Source: an uncultured Acidobacteriota bacterium
GTDB taxonomy: Bacteria > Acidobacteriota > Blastocatellia > RBC074
Direction of reading: 5' to 3'
Assembly: GCA_963796275.1 (NCBI GenBank)
Contig: CAWCKY010000002.1
Location: 256,001-320,000, forward strand
DNA: 64,000 nucleotides
Both the position numbers and the translations under genes were made by a program. Under the pieces are notes generated by a model, which saw only the letters and a list, made by a program, of their open reading frames with translations, ran no database searches and was not told the origin of the DNA. Shown here piece by piece: positions 42,215 to 51,997 of this stretch. Every line of letters begins with the position of its first letter. The first letter of the stretch is position 1.

Positions 42215-42767
42215 AGCTTCCTCCGGCCAAGTCAAAAGAGCTTCTAACTACTTAATTAGATCGATCAGAACCTGCATCATTCTATTCAGAGCTCACGCCA
42301 TGCCCATGACAGCTTCGAACAGATTAGAAAACAGCTCGAAGCCCCCCCGATTCGCGCGCGGAAAGATTCAGCCCGCTTAGCGGTGCGGGGATGAACAGTA
42401 AAATAGTGGTCGAGGGTTACGCCAATCGGGCAGATGACTAAGATGGACTGTCATTACCTCTGGGTAGCTCGCACGGCGGATATCATTCGGGTCGATGTTA
42501 CGTCTTTCGTACACGGGTGACTGGAAAAAACACGCTCTGTACGGATGAAGGTTGATCTGGTCACACTGCGGTATGAGAGCCGTCGGCTCGTTTACCGGCG
42601 AAATCTTTAATATGTTCCGTTTTATGAATATCGAAACGCCGAAGGCTGAAATTCGCCCCTAAGTCCGTTTATTTTGGTGATTGGGAGCTCATCGGCAGGA
42701 TAGGGCACAAGTAATTTACAGGATTTAAATCCTGAACTGGCGCTTTGTGTAAAGCTCTTTCTACGGT

Positions 42768-43748
42768 TCACTGACCACTCAGATTGGAGCCGGGTTTCCG
42801 AGGATCGATCCGAGGCTCGATTGGAAGTCTGATAGGCGGGATTTTGATCGGGGGGAGACGCCGCTTCTTTTTGGTGTCGGCAGGCTTCCAATCATACTCC
42901 CCGATCTCCGGGCGATCTTTAGCCGTGATGAACCCGGAGCTGTTGAGTTGGTATTCATTTTTCTTAGGAAAGCGAGCTACCAGCTTGCTCGTATATCGAA
43001 TCCGGTCCTCGTTCATAGGATGAGTGCGAAATCTATTGCGCAGCGGGATCTTAGTCTTCTTCTCCTGCTTCCGCAGCTTTTCCAGGAAAGTAATCAATGC
43101 CTGTGGATCATATCCGGTCTTCCATAGATACTGTGCAGCCAGTCGGTCTGCTTCCTTTTCTGCATCGCGTGAGAATTTGAAAGATAGTACGCTCGCAGCC
43201 TGATTGATGGAACCGTTTCCGCCTCCGAGGAAATTCAACGAACGCGAAACCCAGGCGATCAGTTCCCTTCTTGATGCCTGTTCGATGCTGTGTCGCGCGG
43301 CTATATGCGCGACCTCATGCGCAATCACGGCTGCCAACTCAGCTTCATTATCGGCAGCCTCAATCAAACCGCGGTTGACGTAAAGATACCCTCCGGGTAG
43401 AGAAAATGCGTTTATTTCTGGGGAATCGATCACTTTGGCCGTGACCGCCGATTTGCTGTCTGAATTGATAACGATGTTTTGCGTGACGCGATTGATAAGC
43501 TCCTGGATGCCAGGATCCTTGACCAATTCTGCGCGCGCTTCCAATACACTCGCCATTCGCTTACCCAGCTCAGCCTCTCGTTCCAGCGAATAGATATTGA
43601 CCTGGCGCTTATTGATATCTCGCTTGCCGATCAAGTCCGGATCTTCCCTCTCCTTGAGCGGTTTCTTCTCTTTATCTGATGCCGCCACCGACATTACAAT
43701 AAGCGAAGAAGTCAGTAGCGTGATCAGTAGCTGCCTGATCAGATTCAT
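42768..43748 (-). CDS. M48-family metalloprotease (BepA-like)
   Basis: INAFSLPGG, ELAAVIAHEVAH (HEXXH), EKEAD, THP; signal peptide. Confidence 0.9.
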   Translation of the reverse strand: MNLIRQLLITLLTSSLIVMSVAASDKEKKPLKEREDPDLIGKRDINKRQVNIYSLEREAELGKRMASVLEARAELVKDPGIQELINRVTQNIVINSDSKSAVTAKVIDSPEINAFSLPGGYLYVNRGLIEAADNEAELAAVIAHEVAHIAARHSIEQASRRELIAWVSRSLNFLGGGNGSINQAASVLSFKFSRDAEKEADRLAAQYLWKTGYDPQALITFLEKLRKQEKKTKIPLRNRFRTHPMNEDRIRYTSKLVARFPKKNEYQLNSSGFITAKDRPEIGEYDWKPADTKKKRRLPPIKIPPIRLPIEPRIDPRKPGSNLSGQ

Positions 43749-44379
43749 CCTACTCCCTTTCCAATTAGTTAACATGAATAGTCGAACCAGCGATCTGTTC
43801 TCATCACTTGCTGGCAAGGGTTTCTCCGATTAGCCCTTGATGTTACTTTGGCTTAATGCCAGAACCACCTTGGCCAACAACTGATTTTGTAATAATCATT
43901 CAATGCAGTGGGCACGATAATGAGAAAACGCGGAACTACAGCTTTGAGGGATAGCTGGGTCTCATTGACTTATTCCAACAGAGTTTTCACTCCTTAAAAT
44001 ACATCCCTTTCTAGGTGCCATGATGTGAGATATCACACACGGGTTACTGATATCTCGATTCCGGTTATTCGCGATCGACGAGAATTGCCTAACCTATCTC
44101 AGACGACTGCAGCCGATAGCTACTGGAATCAATGCTTTCGGCTCTGCAGGCTAGGCGCAAGGCTCTAATGTATTCGATCATCCAATCTCTCAAGCTCCAA
44201 GAGCGACAAATATGATTCAGGTGCCTCCCTTTTCGAGAAGACAATCGTTAAAGTTATGAGCAACTGGTTCATCCGCAGCTGAAGAGATGTCATCGATAAT
44301 AATCAGCTTTGATTTTAAACTTTGTTTAAAAAAGTTATTTAGGGATTCAAAGTATTACGGTACGTGGCGGTATTATCAT

Positions 44380-44439
44380 CCGCGAAAGAATACTCCATCC
44401 ATAGCGAGCATCTTGGCGAGCTTGGATGGAGATGAATTT
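44380..44439 (-). repeat. Second solo copy of the IscB-element end hairpin
   Basis: tactccatccatagcgagcatcttggcgagcttggatggagatgaattt; followed by ATGAT on the minus strand. Confidence 0.82.
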
Positions 44440-44478
44440 CGCATCGTGGGCGAATCATTTCGGAGGAACGGGTCGCAG

Positions 44479-45751
44479 TCATTCGTGCCGGAATGCCACC
44501 AGTGGATCGACCTTCGTTGCCCGCCGCGCCGGCAGGTAACAAGCCAGCAGCGCCACGCCGAGCAGCAGCACCGCCGCCGCCGTGAAGGCTTGCCCGTCGT
44601 GTGGCTTGATCTGGAAGAGCAGCGTTTCCAGATAGCGTGCCAACCCGAAGGCCGCCACAAGTCCGACTGCCGCGCCCATCGCGGCCAGCAGCATCCCGCG
44701 CCCGATGACCAGGCGGAAAACATCGCGCGGGCGCGCGCCGAGCGCCAGGCGAATGCCGATCTCGTGCGTCCGTTGCGACACCAGATAGGCCATCACGCCA
44801 AACAGCCCGACCGAAGCCAACAACAGCGCGACAGCGGCGAAGCTCCCCAACAAGAACATATTGAAGCGACGCGGACCGAGTGAGGCGTAAAGCAGTTGCT
44901 CGATGGTCTGGATGTCGATAACCGGCACGTTTGCGTCTATTGAGCGAAGCACGCCGCGCACCGCCGCTGTTTGCGCCGCCGGCTCAGTGCGTGTGCGGAC
45001 GACTAACTTCGATTGTATGGCCCGTGCCATCACTGCTGTCGCGATATAGATCGTCGGCCCTGGCTCGGTCGCCGGCCCGAGGCTGCGGACATCGCCGGCA
45101 ACGCCGATGATCGTGTACGTCTGGTTGCCCAGGCTACGCAGTGTGACCGTCTTGCCGAGCGGGTCTTCGCCGGGCCAGTAACGGCGCGCCATCTCTTCGC
45201 TGATGATCGTCACGGGCTGGCTCTCCGGCACGTCGCATTCATCGAAATCGCGCCCGCGCAGCGTGATGCCGAGCGTGCGCCAATAGCCCGGACTGACAAC
45301 CCGCCAACCGGCCGAAGGCTGACTGCCGTCGGGCGCGACGGCTCTGCCCGGAATCTGCACCTCGCTACTGGTGGGTTCCCGAGGCCGCTCAATGGCACTG
45401 AACTGGTGAGCGCAGCGTCCTGCACGCCGGGCAAGGCTTTGGTTTCACGCAGCAGGCGCGTGTAGAACGCCCAAGATTCTTGATGCCCCGAATAGCGATT
45501 GCGCGCCAGGTTTATCCGCATAGTCAGCAAGTTCTCTGGCTTAAACCCTAGTTCGACATCTTGCAGCTTCGCGAAACTGCGCAGCAGCAATCCAGCGCCG
45601 ATCAGCAGCGCGACTGAGAGCGCCACCTCTGCGATCACTAACGTGCCGCGCAGACGTTGTCGTCCGCCCGCGCCGCCGCTATCTCCTGCTCGACACGGAC
45701 CTTGCGTAGCAGTCCGTAGAGCCGCGTATAGATCAGTCTCAACCAGAACAT
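44479..45751 (-). pseudogene. ADOP-family ABC permease with a large internal deletion and frameshift
   Basis: N-terminus MFWLRLIYTRLYGLLRK joined at about 45680 to the C-terminal half (EVALSVALLIGAGLL...EIGIRLALGA...PARRATKVDP); frameshift near 45360. Confidence 0.85.
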
Positions 45752-45765
45752 CGGTCGCAGTCCCC

Positions 45766-46098
45766 TTAAGTAGTTTGCATGACTTTGTAGACGGCCCGGG
45801 CGAGCCGCCCCCAATTCTCTTCCTCAATCTCTAGCTGTTTGCGGCCGGTGCGAGTCAGCTTGTAGAACTTGGCGCGGAGATTGTTCTCTGACACGCCCCA
45901 TTCGGCAGTTATCCACCCTTGCCGCTCGACCCGGTAGAGCGCTGGGTAGAGCGAGCCCTCTTCCACACGCAGCACGTCCTCAGACATTTGCATGATGCGC
46001 TGACCGATGCCGTAACCGTGCCGCGGCCCGAGTGAGAGGGCCTTGAGAATCAACATGTCGAGTGTGCCTTGCAGCAGCTTGGTGTCTGGGGTTGGCAT
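45766..46098 (-). CDS. PadR-family transcriptional regulator (acidobacterial type)
   Basis: LLQGTLDMLIL, HGYGI, EEGSLYPALYR, SENN.RAKFY. Confidence 0.93.
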   Translation of the reverse strand: MPTPDTKLLQGTLDMLILKALSLGPRHGYGIGQRIMQMSEDVLRVEEGSLYPALYRVERQGWITAEWGVSENNLRAKFYKLTRTGRKQLEIEEENWGRLARAVYKVMQTT

Positions 46099-46117
46099 CG
46101 TCGTTTTTCTCCATAGT

Positions 46118-46161
46118 TCCTAGATTATCTAGGACAACATAGAACGAAGTCCCTAGATTGT
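46118..46161. promoter_or_regulatory. Putative PadR autoregulatory operator
   Basis: Perfect palindrome TCCTAGA-tta-TCTAGGA (46118-46134) plus a related site cctagattgtc at 46151, directly upstream of padR. Confidence 0.6.
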
Positions 46162-46475
46162 CAAATTACCGAAGGAGAGGAGTGGGAAATTAGATGGCGT
46201 CCGGCGGATCGAGGGTTTAATTCTGGGTCATTATGAAGGGAGCAACGAAGCCATCGAATTCCGGCAGTATTATCTAGCTTTGAGTAAACTATCTTCCAAA
46301 TATCAACGCAATGTCCTTTTCACGGCCTATAGGACGGTTGGGATTTGTATTTGTTTCATCAAGAGCACCGTATGCCGAATTTGAGTTCCAAACCTAATCC
46401 GTCAAATGTGCCAGCGATGTCTTTAGCGGGAGCAAAAAGAATCGACCTCAACTGCTTACTCTGTGTTTTCTCCAT

Positions 46476-48113
46476 TCAAGGTTCCCGGTAAAGCAGGAGC
46501 AAGATGCCAATGATCGCGAAGCACAACGGCCAGACCAAAGAAGGAATGCGGCGATCACCTTCCGGCAGCCGCAACTCCAGCCAGCGCGCGCACCCCGCCG
46601 CAATAGCGAGCAACGCGAGCGGCACGTGGGTCAATTCGGCGAGCAACTCCTTCTTTACGTTTTCCGATGAATGCGAGTGTGTAAGGAGCAGTGCCCCGCC
46701 CAGCGCACAAATCAACGGGAAGACCAGAGCCGCACGCTTTGAGCGGATACGATCCGTCCGCACGGCCCACTCGAAGAGGCCGAAGGCTATGGTCAGGACG
46801 GCAAAAGCCCGGTGCTGCAAAACCTCGGAATTGTCGAAGCTTTCCCAGAACCCGTTGGGGCCTAGCGGCCAGTTCTCCGGATCCGCGCGCAGGAAGATGA
46901 AAGCGGCGAGCGCCAGAAAAACGAGCGGCCAATGCCTCGCCCATCTCACGTGTCCCGTCCACCATGCTAACTGCAGCAGCCCGGCAACTAAAACCATTAA
47001 CCCAGCCCAGTGGTGATTGTACTCAGACCAGGCTCTGTCAGCCTGCCTATTCAGAATAGGAGCGTCTCCTCCCATAACTGGGGATCGCGTCTCCAGTGCA
47101 TCAACGTCTTTCATCCTCTGCCGCGTGGGCTCCGACAATTCCTCCAGACTGGGGCTTCGCAGACGCGGCCAGTGCGGTGCCATTCGTTCACCAATTTCGG
47201 ACAGGTTCAAGCGATCATCCGTGACGTCTGCCGCGGGCGGGACCGAGGTCAACGATGCGGCCGCCAGGATGATTGCGAAGCCTATCCCGACCTCTACCTC
47301 GGCCAGCGGGCGCAGCCGGTTGAACTGCAAAGTCGGGGCCGAGTTCATCCGTCTGACTGTTAAGAAGTTCAGCGCTCCGATAAGGAGCAACGCCCCGAAG
47401 AGCAGAACTTTGGCGCTCACCATCAATCCGTAGGCCGTCCCATAAACAGCGCCCGGTGCATCAATGTAAAAATACGAAAGAGTAAGTCCCGCTGCAGCGA
47501 TGACCGCGACGCTGGCTATTGCCAGTGAGGAGAATCGGCGTGCGATTGTCTCCCGCACCTGCTCATCTGAGCAGCGCGAGATTGCAATCAGCAGATATGG
47601 CAGCCCGCCTATCCAGGCGGCCGTCGCGGCGCAGTGCAGCGCGGTGACTACGCCGAGCAAGGCCCGGTCCGTTAAGCGCGATGCGGCGTGGCTCGTCATG
47701 ACAGATGCGCCGATGATAACGACTGCAAGCCCGAAAGCCCACTGCCATCTGCGACGAAAGTGAGCACGTGCAACGAGAGCAAGCCCCGACGAAGCGGCGA
47801 TCAATACTATGCCGGCGCGAAAGAAGCTCGCTCCCACGACTTCTCGCAATGGCAGCTCAGCTGTGGCTATCAGTGCAGCAGCATTGAGGCACAGGAGGAT
47901 GAGTTGAAAAAAAGCCAGACACATCGCCGCCCAGGTGATCAGGCGCCGGAATGAGCAGAGCGCCAACTTCCAGCTCTCGTCGCCGGGCAATCGGTGCAAC
48001 CGTGCAACCAACAGCGCGAAGACTACGCCACCCACCGCCAGGCTTTGCGCGACGATCGCCAACGCATGCAAGACCACAGAAAAGTACGCGAAGAGATCGA
48101 GGAGTTGAGCCAT
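46476..48113 (-). CDS. copD: CopD-family copper resistance membrane protein with extended C-terminal domain
   Basis: TSHAASR, LH..AWIGGL, RRFS, YG..K..L; His-rich C-terminus (WSEYNHH, QHR, HSH). Start at MAQLL. Confidence 0.8.
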   Translation of the reverse strand: MAQLLDLFAYFSVVLHALAIVAQSLAVGGVVFALLVARLHRLPGDESWKLALCSFRRLITWAAMCLAFFQLILLCLNAAALIATAELPLREVVGASFFRAGIVLIAASSGLALVARAHFRRRWQWAFGLAVVIIGASVMTSHAASRLTDRALLGVVTALHCAATAAWIGGLPYLLIAISRCSDEQVRETIARRFSSLAIASVAVIAAAGLTLSYFYIDAPGAVYGTAYGLMVSAKVLLFGALLLIGALNFLTVRRMNSAPTLQFNRLRPLAEVEVGIGFAIILAAASLTSVPPAADVTDDRLNLSEIGERMAPHWPRLRSPSLEELSEPTRQRMKDVDALETRSPVMGGDAPILNRQADRAWSEYNHHWAGLMVLVAGLLQLAWWTGHVRWARHWPLVFLALAAFIFLRADPENWPLGPNGFWESFDNSEVLQHRAFAVLTIAFGLFEWAVRTDRIRSKRAALVFPLICALGGALLLTHSHSSENVKKELLAELTHVPLALLAIAAGCARWLELRLPEGDRRIPSLVWPLCFAIIGILLLLYREP

Positions 48114-48117
48114 GGCC

Positions 48118-48516
48118 TCAGCCTTTCGAACCTTTGACGTTGAAAGGAATGCCGCCTCGCGTAATGTGTCCGTCGATCGCAAGCACCTGCCAACGCAGAT
48201 GGTAAGCCCCCGCGCCGAGCCCGGTGGCACGCGACGAGAGCATGTCCGGCGCTCCCTCTTCATTGATCTTGAGAGCGACCGTTTTGCCGTCGGGTAGGGC
48301 CAACATCAGACGCGAGCGACTGCGATCAATCCGTACGTTGAAGCGCAGTTTTATGGCTATATCTGGTCCCGCGATGGCCGAGTCAGCCGCGGGATTTGCC
48401 TCGACAAGTACAGCGTGAAGCACAACATGCGCATTGGCAGAACGGCCCGGACCAATCAGAACAAACAATCCAAATGCGAATGCCCGAAGAAAATCTGAAC
48501 GTCTACTAGCTTTCAT
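48118..48516 (-). CDS. copC: CopC-family copper-binding protein
   Basis: Signal peptide, HAVLVEANP, WQVLAIDGH. Confidence 0.85.
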   Translation of the reverse strand: MKASRRSDFLRAFAFGLFVLIGPGRSANAHVVLHAVLVEANPAADSAIAGPDIAIKLRFNVRIDRSRSRLMLALPDGKTVALKINEEGAPDMLSSRATGLGAGAYHLRWQVLAIDGHITRGGIPFNVKGSKG

Positions 48517-49359
48517 ATTTCACCACGCGTAGGTATCATTTTCTCCTTCACCAAAACTCCATCTTTATAACTCCAGCTTTCGCCGCGACGACAATCCATC
48601 CTTAAATCGCCCGAGTTTTAGGGCCTTGTTAATTGCGGGCTTAAGCCTGATGACCATCGGTAATCTCCAAACATGAAACATCCGGCCCGCTATTCGCGGT
48701 GTTAGCTCATAATCCGACAGGATTCGAATCTAAATGGTTAGGGGAAAAAGTTCTTGAGCAATTATTCGGGAAGGAGGGCCCTCAAGATTTCAGAGGATGA
48801 TGTTGGCTAATTCCAAACGCTTTCTCAAATCTATGTTGCACTCTAAAATTTGAGAAAACTCTCTAAAATTATAAATTGGCGATAAAGAGCTTTCAATCTC
48901 TCTAATGCCAACTCATTTGTTCAATTACATTTATGAAGGCCCGCTCGCGAGTTGGCGGCGAGCCCCCTGATTTTTGGGAGTGGTTTAATCGGCGCTCGAG
49001 AGAGGATGCCCGCTCTGGATCCAGGCATTAGTGCCGCCGACGACATTGAATAATTTTCGGAGCCCCTGCCTGGCGAGTAGACTGACAAGCAGCGATAGAG
49101 CGATAACCGCTGGCTCAAGCGATAGCTGCCGGGCGTCGCTGGTCAATCTCTGAAATTTGCTCGGTCAATTACGACAGGGGGATGTTGATTGCTCCTGGGA
49201 TGCTGAATTATTTTTTCCAGATACCTCTCGAAATTTTAGCTTTACCGGATTGTTTCCGGAGGAAGCTCATGTTTCACGAACATTTGAATATCAAGAAATG
49301 CAAACAAACCGAGTTATGTCCAGAACTGCGCGCGCAGTTGAGCAGCGTATCGATTTCGC

Positions 49360-50778
49360 TTACCAGGGCGAACCGGATCTGCGCACGCCCGCGGAAGACT
49401 GGGCCGTCGAGATGGTAGTGTGCAGCACGAAAGTGCCCGTACCCGTCCCATCCGGGTTGCGGTTCATGGAGACTCCGTCCGTGCCAGCCAGCCCCGACGT
49501 GTAAGAGAAGCTATTCCTGGCTGCTCCACCGCTGTCCCTGATGGTGACCGTGTCTCCGCTGTTGCCCAGGTTGAGTCCACCGCTCGAAGCTGCCACCGCG
49601 TTGCTCAAACCCGCGGGTATGGCCGAAGCGTCCGCAAAAATTACCACTGCTTTACCGGGGTTCAGCGTCGTGCCCGATGCGAAGATGTGGCGCACTGCCG
49701 TCCCATCAGAGATAGTCCAGCCACCGATATTTGCCGCCGTACCACCGACGTTGACCAGTTCGATGAACTCTCCCGCAGTATCGCTGCCCGGTTCATTTGC
49801 GAGAATCTCATTGATGATCACTTGAACTGGCGGCGGCGTCCCATCGCTGCCGAAACTATAGCGTGTAAGGACGGGGTAGTGATCGCTAGTCGTGGCGTCG
49901 TAGTTCGAGATGAACTGATCGACCCGGAACACCTCCACTGATCCGTCGATGTATGTGGCGTTTGCCTCGTTCGTGTTGAGGTGGTGGTCGATGGTATCCG
50001 AGAAGCTGGTGGTCGAGGAAATGCCGAAGTCAGAGAGCCGTTGGGTAGGAAAACGATAGTCAGCGACGTCATTGACGAAGTTGGCATAGGGGGACGCCCT
50101 ATTGGGAGAGATGGAGGTATCCACGTCATCGTTGAAATCACCGATGACCCACACCTTACGCGTCGGGAAATTCGTATCGAGGTACGATTTCAGGGCAGTC
50201 GAAGCGTTTCTACGTTGCGTCCAGCTATCTGTATCGCTGCAACACTTCGCGTGGAGAATGATGACAACGATGCTCTCCGTCGTCCCATTGAGCGTGACGC
50301 GCAGGGTGACCTGCAAGGGCGGGCGGCCGGCGAAATCCTGGTCATTCGCCGTCAGGATGACACGCGCATCCGTCACTGTCGCGACTGAAGTCTTGTAGAG
50401 GATGCCTACATTCTGCTCAGCGTTGTTGAACCCGCTGTAGAAGGCAGCGCCGTTTACGACGTTCGACTCTTTGGCGAGGAACCCGGCGTAGCCCGGTAGC
50501 TGGGACTTGAGACTGTTCCACTGCGCCAGGCTGACAATCTCGGCTACGCCCCAGATATCCATGTCAGCGCCGGCGATCACGCTACGTACGTTTTGGAGTT
50601 GCAGCGTTTCATTGGTAGGACCGTTTCCCGTATCGCCAAACCACTCAATGTTCCAGCTCGCGATATCGAGCGTCGTGTCCGTGCCTTTGCCAGGCACAAC
50701 TTGCGCGAAAGCGGTCGTGCTCAGGCACAATGTGAGCAGGAATAGATAGATATGAGTGGTAGAGAGTGTTCTTCTCAT
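49360..50778 (-). CDS. Secreted EEP-family nuclease/phosphatase fused to a lamin-tail domain
   Basis: SWNIEW, GDFND, SDHYPV; LTD IINEILAN..EFIELVN..GWTISD. Confidence 0.87.
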   Translation of the reverse strand: MRRTLSTTHIYLFLLTLCLSTTAFAQVVPGKGTDTTLDIASWNIEWFGDTGNGPTNETLQLQNVRSVIAGADMDIWGVAEIVSLAQWNSLKSQLPGYAGFLAKESNVVNGAAFYSGFNNAEQNVGILYKTSVATVTDARVILTANDQDFAGRPPLQVTLRVTLNGTTESIVVIILHAKCCSDTDSWTQRRNASTALKSYLDTNFPTRKVWVIGDFNDDVDTSISPNRASPYANFVNDVADYRFPTQRLSDFGISSTTSFSDTIDHHLNTNEANATYIDGSVEVFRVDQFISNYDATTSDHYPVLTRYSFGSDGTPPPVQVIINEILANEPGSDTAGEFIELVNVGGTAANIGGWTISDGTAVRHIFASGTTLNPGKAVVIFADASAIPAGLSNAVAASSGGLNLGNSGDTVTIRDSGGAARNSFSYTSGLAGTDGVSMNRNPDGTGTGTFVLHTTISTAQSSAGVRRSGSPW

Positions 50779-51220
50779 TCATGTCCTTTCGTGTTTTTTT
50801 TAGGTGTACAACGTCTGACGGGGCGTCGTCTGAATTCGCTTTTTAGATATGTAGACTGTAACCGTTCGAGGCGTGTATGAGGTTACGGTAATGTTAAATC
50901 AGAAAAGGCCGATTGCGCCGGTTGCCTTCGCAATCGCCCGTGGTGGAAGAGACTCAAATAGACAATGACGTGCTCGCTCATCGCCGTTTCGAAAGAGTGT
51001 GAGGGTTGAATCCCTTGCCACCGGAGAAAATTTGATTCCGTTTAGATATACTCAGATCAATCTGTCATTCAGTATTGGAACTGTACTGCTAGTTCAAAAC
51101 TGTTTCGCTTCCCTTCCTCGTGCATTAAGGTCACTAGTATCCCGTTCGACACGATCGATCCCGGATCGTTAATTGCGAATCCGCACTAGTAACAAACAAT
51201 CATTGCAGCTTCGACTTATA

Positions 51221-51997
51221 TTACAGAGTTCGCGTCTGCCCACCGTCGATATCAAGAAGTGCGCCCTGACAATAATCAGCCAGCGGCGAAGCCAAAAATG
51301 CGACAGCCCGCGCGATTTCAGTGGGTTCTCCGAACCGCGCCACACGCGAAACCCGCGTCATCTCGCGCGCGGCATCTGACTCTTCGATCCCCTGCTCTGC
51401 AGCGAGCGCACGTAATCGTAACTGCAATCGTTCAGTAACGATCGACCCGGGGTTGATCGCGTTTACACGTACGCCATCGATTACGCCTCGATCGGCCAAT
51501 GCCTTGGTCAAATTGAGCAACGCGCTATTGACGGCACCGCCGATCGTGAAATCGGCGCTCCCGGTGCGGCCACCGATTCCCGCGATGTTGACGATGCTGC
51601 CGCTGCTGGCTTGCAGGTATGGCCAGGCCGCCCGGCAGCAACGCATGGCTCCATAAAACTTCAAGGCGAATCCGTCGATCCAATCATCATCTGAGAGATT
51701 GAAAAAATCACCCCGCTTCGTTGCGCCCGCATTGTTTACCAGTAGATCGAGCCGCCCATAAATGTCGATCGCCGAGGCAACCATAGATGAGGGAGCTTCC
51801 GGCGTACGCAGGTCCGCCACATATACATAACTCTCGGATACCAGCGAAGCGGACAATGCTTCAAGCTGGTCCTGCGAACGCGCGATCAGTACCAATCGCA
51901 TGCCTTCGCCTGACAACGTTTGGGCGATGGCACGGCCAATTCCACGACTGGCGCCCGTAACAATTCCGACTTTGCCTCTTAGTTGAAGATCCATCAC
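51221..51997 (-). CDS. Short-chain dehydrogenase/reductase
   Basis: TGASRGIG, NNAG, VNAINPG, DGG. Confidence 0.9.
   Translation of the reverse strand: MMDLQLRGKVGIVTGASRGIGRAIAQTLSGEGMRLVLIARSQDQLEALSASLVSESYVYVADLRTPEAPSSMVASAIDIYGRLDLLVNNAGATKRGDFFNLSDDDWIDGFALKFYGAMRCCRAAWPYLQASSGSIVNIAGIGGRTGSADFTIGGAVNSALLNLTKALADRGVIDGVRVNAINPGSIVTERLQLRLRALAAEQGIEESDAAREMTRVSRVARFGEPTEIARAVAFLASPLADYCQGALLDIDGGQTRTL

Noticed and set aside
42285-42302. Sigma54-like TGGCGT-N5-CTGAA on the minus strand upstream of the omegaRNA/host gene
   Set aside because: The -12 element is too divergent to call without TSS data.
44025-44056. gagatatca-N12-tgatatctc inverted repeat and TGTGA-N4-TCACA
   Set aside because: Short, spacing does not fit CRP/FNR, and no cognate regulator can be assigned.
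48841-48870. Direct repeat ctctaaaatt x2 upstream of copC
   Set aside because: Short repeat in AT-rich DNA; could be chance.
49256-49267. 12-nt exact match (ccggaggaagct) to the predicted IscB guide seed
   Set aside because: Followed by CATGT rather than ATGAA, the match does not extend, and SD-like sequence raises the chance of a coincidence.
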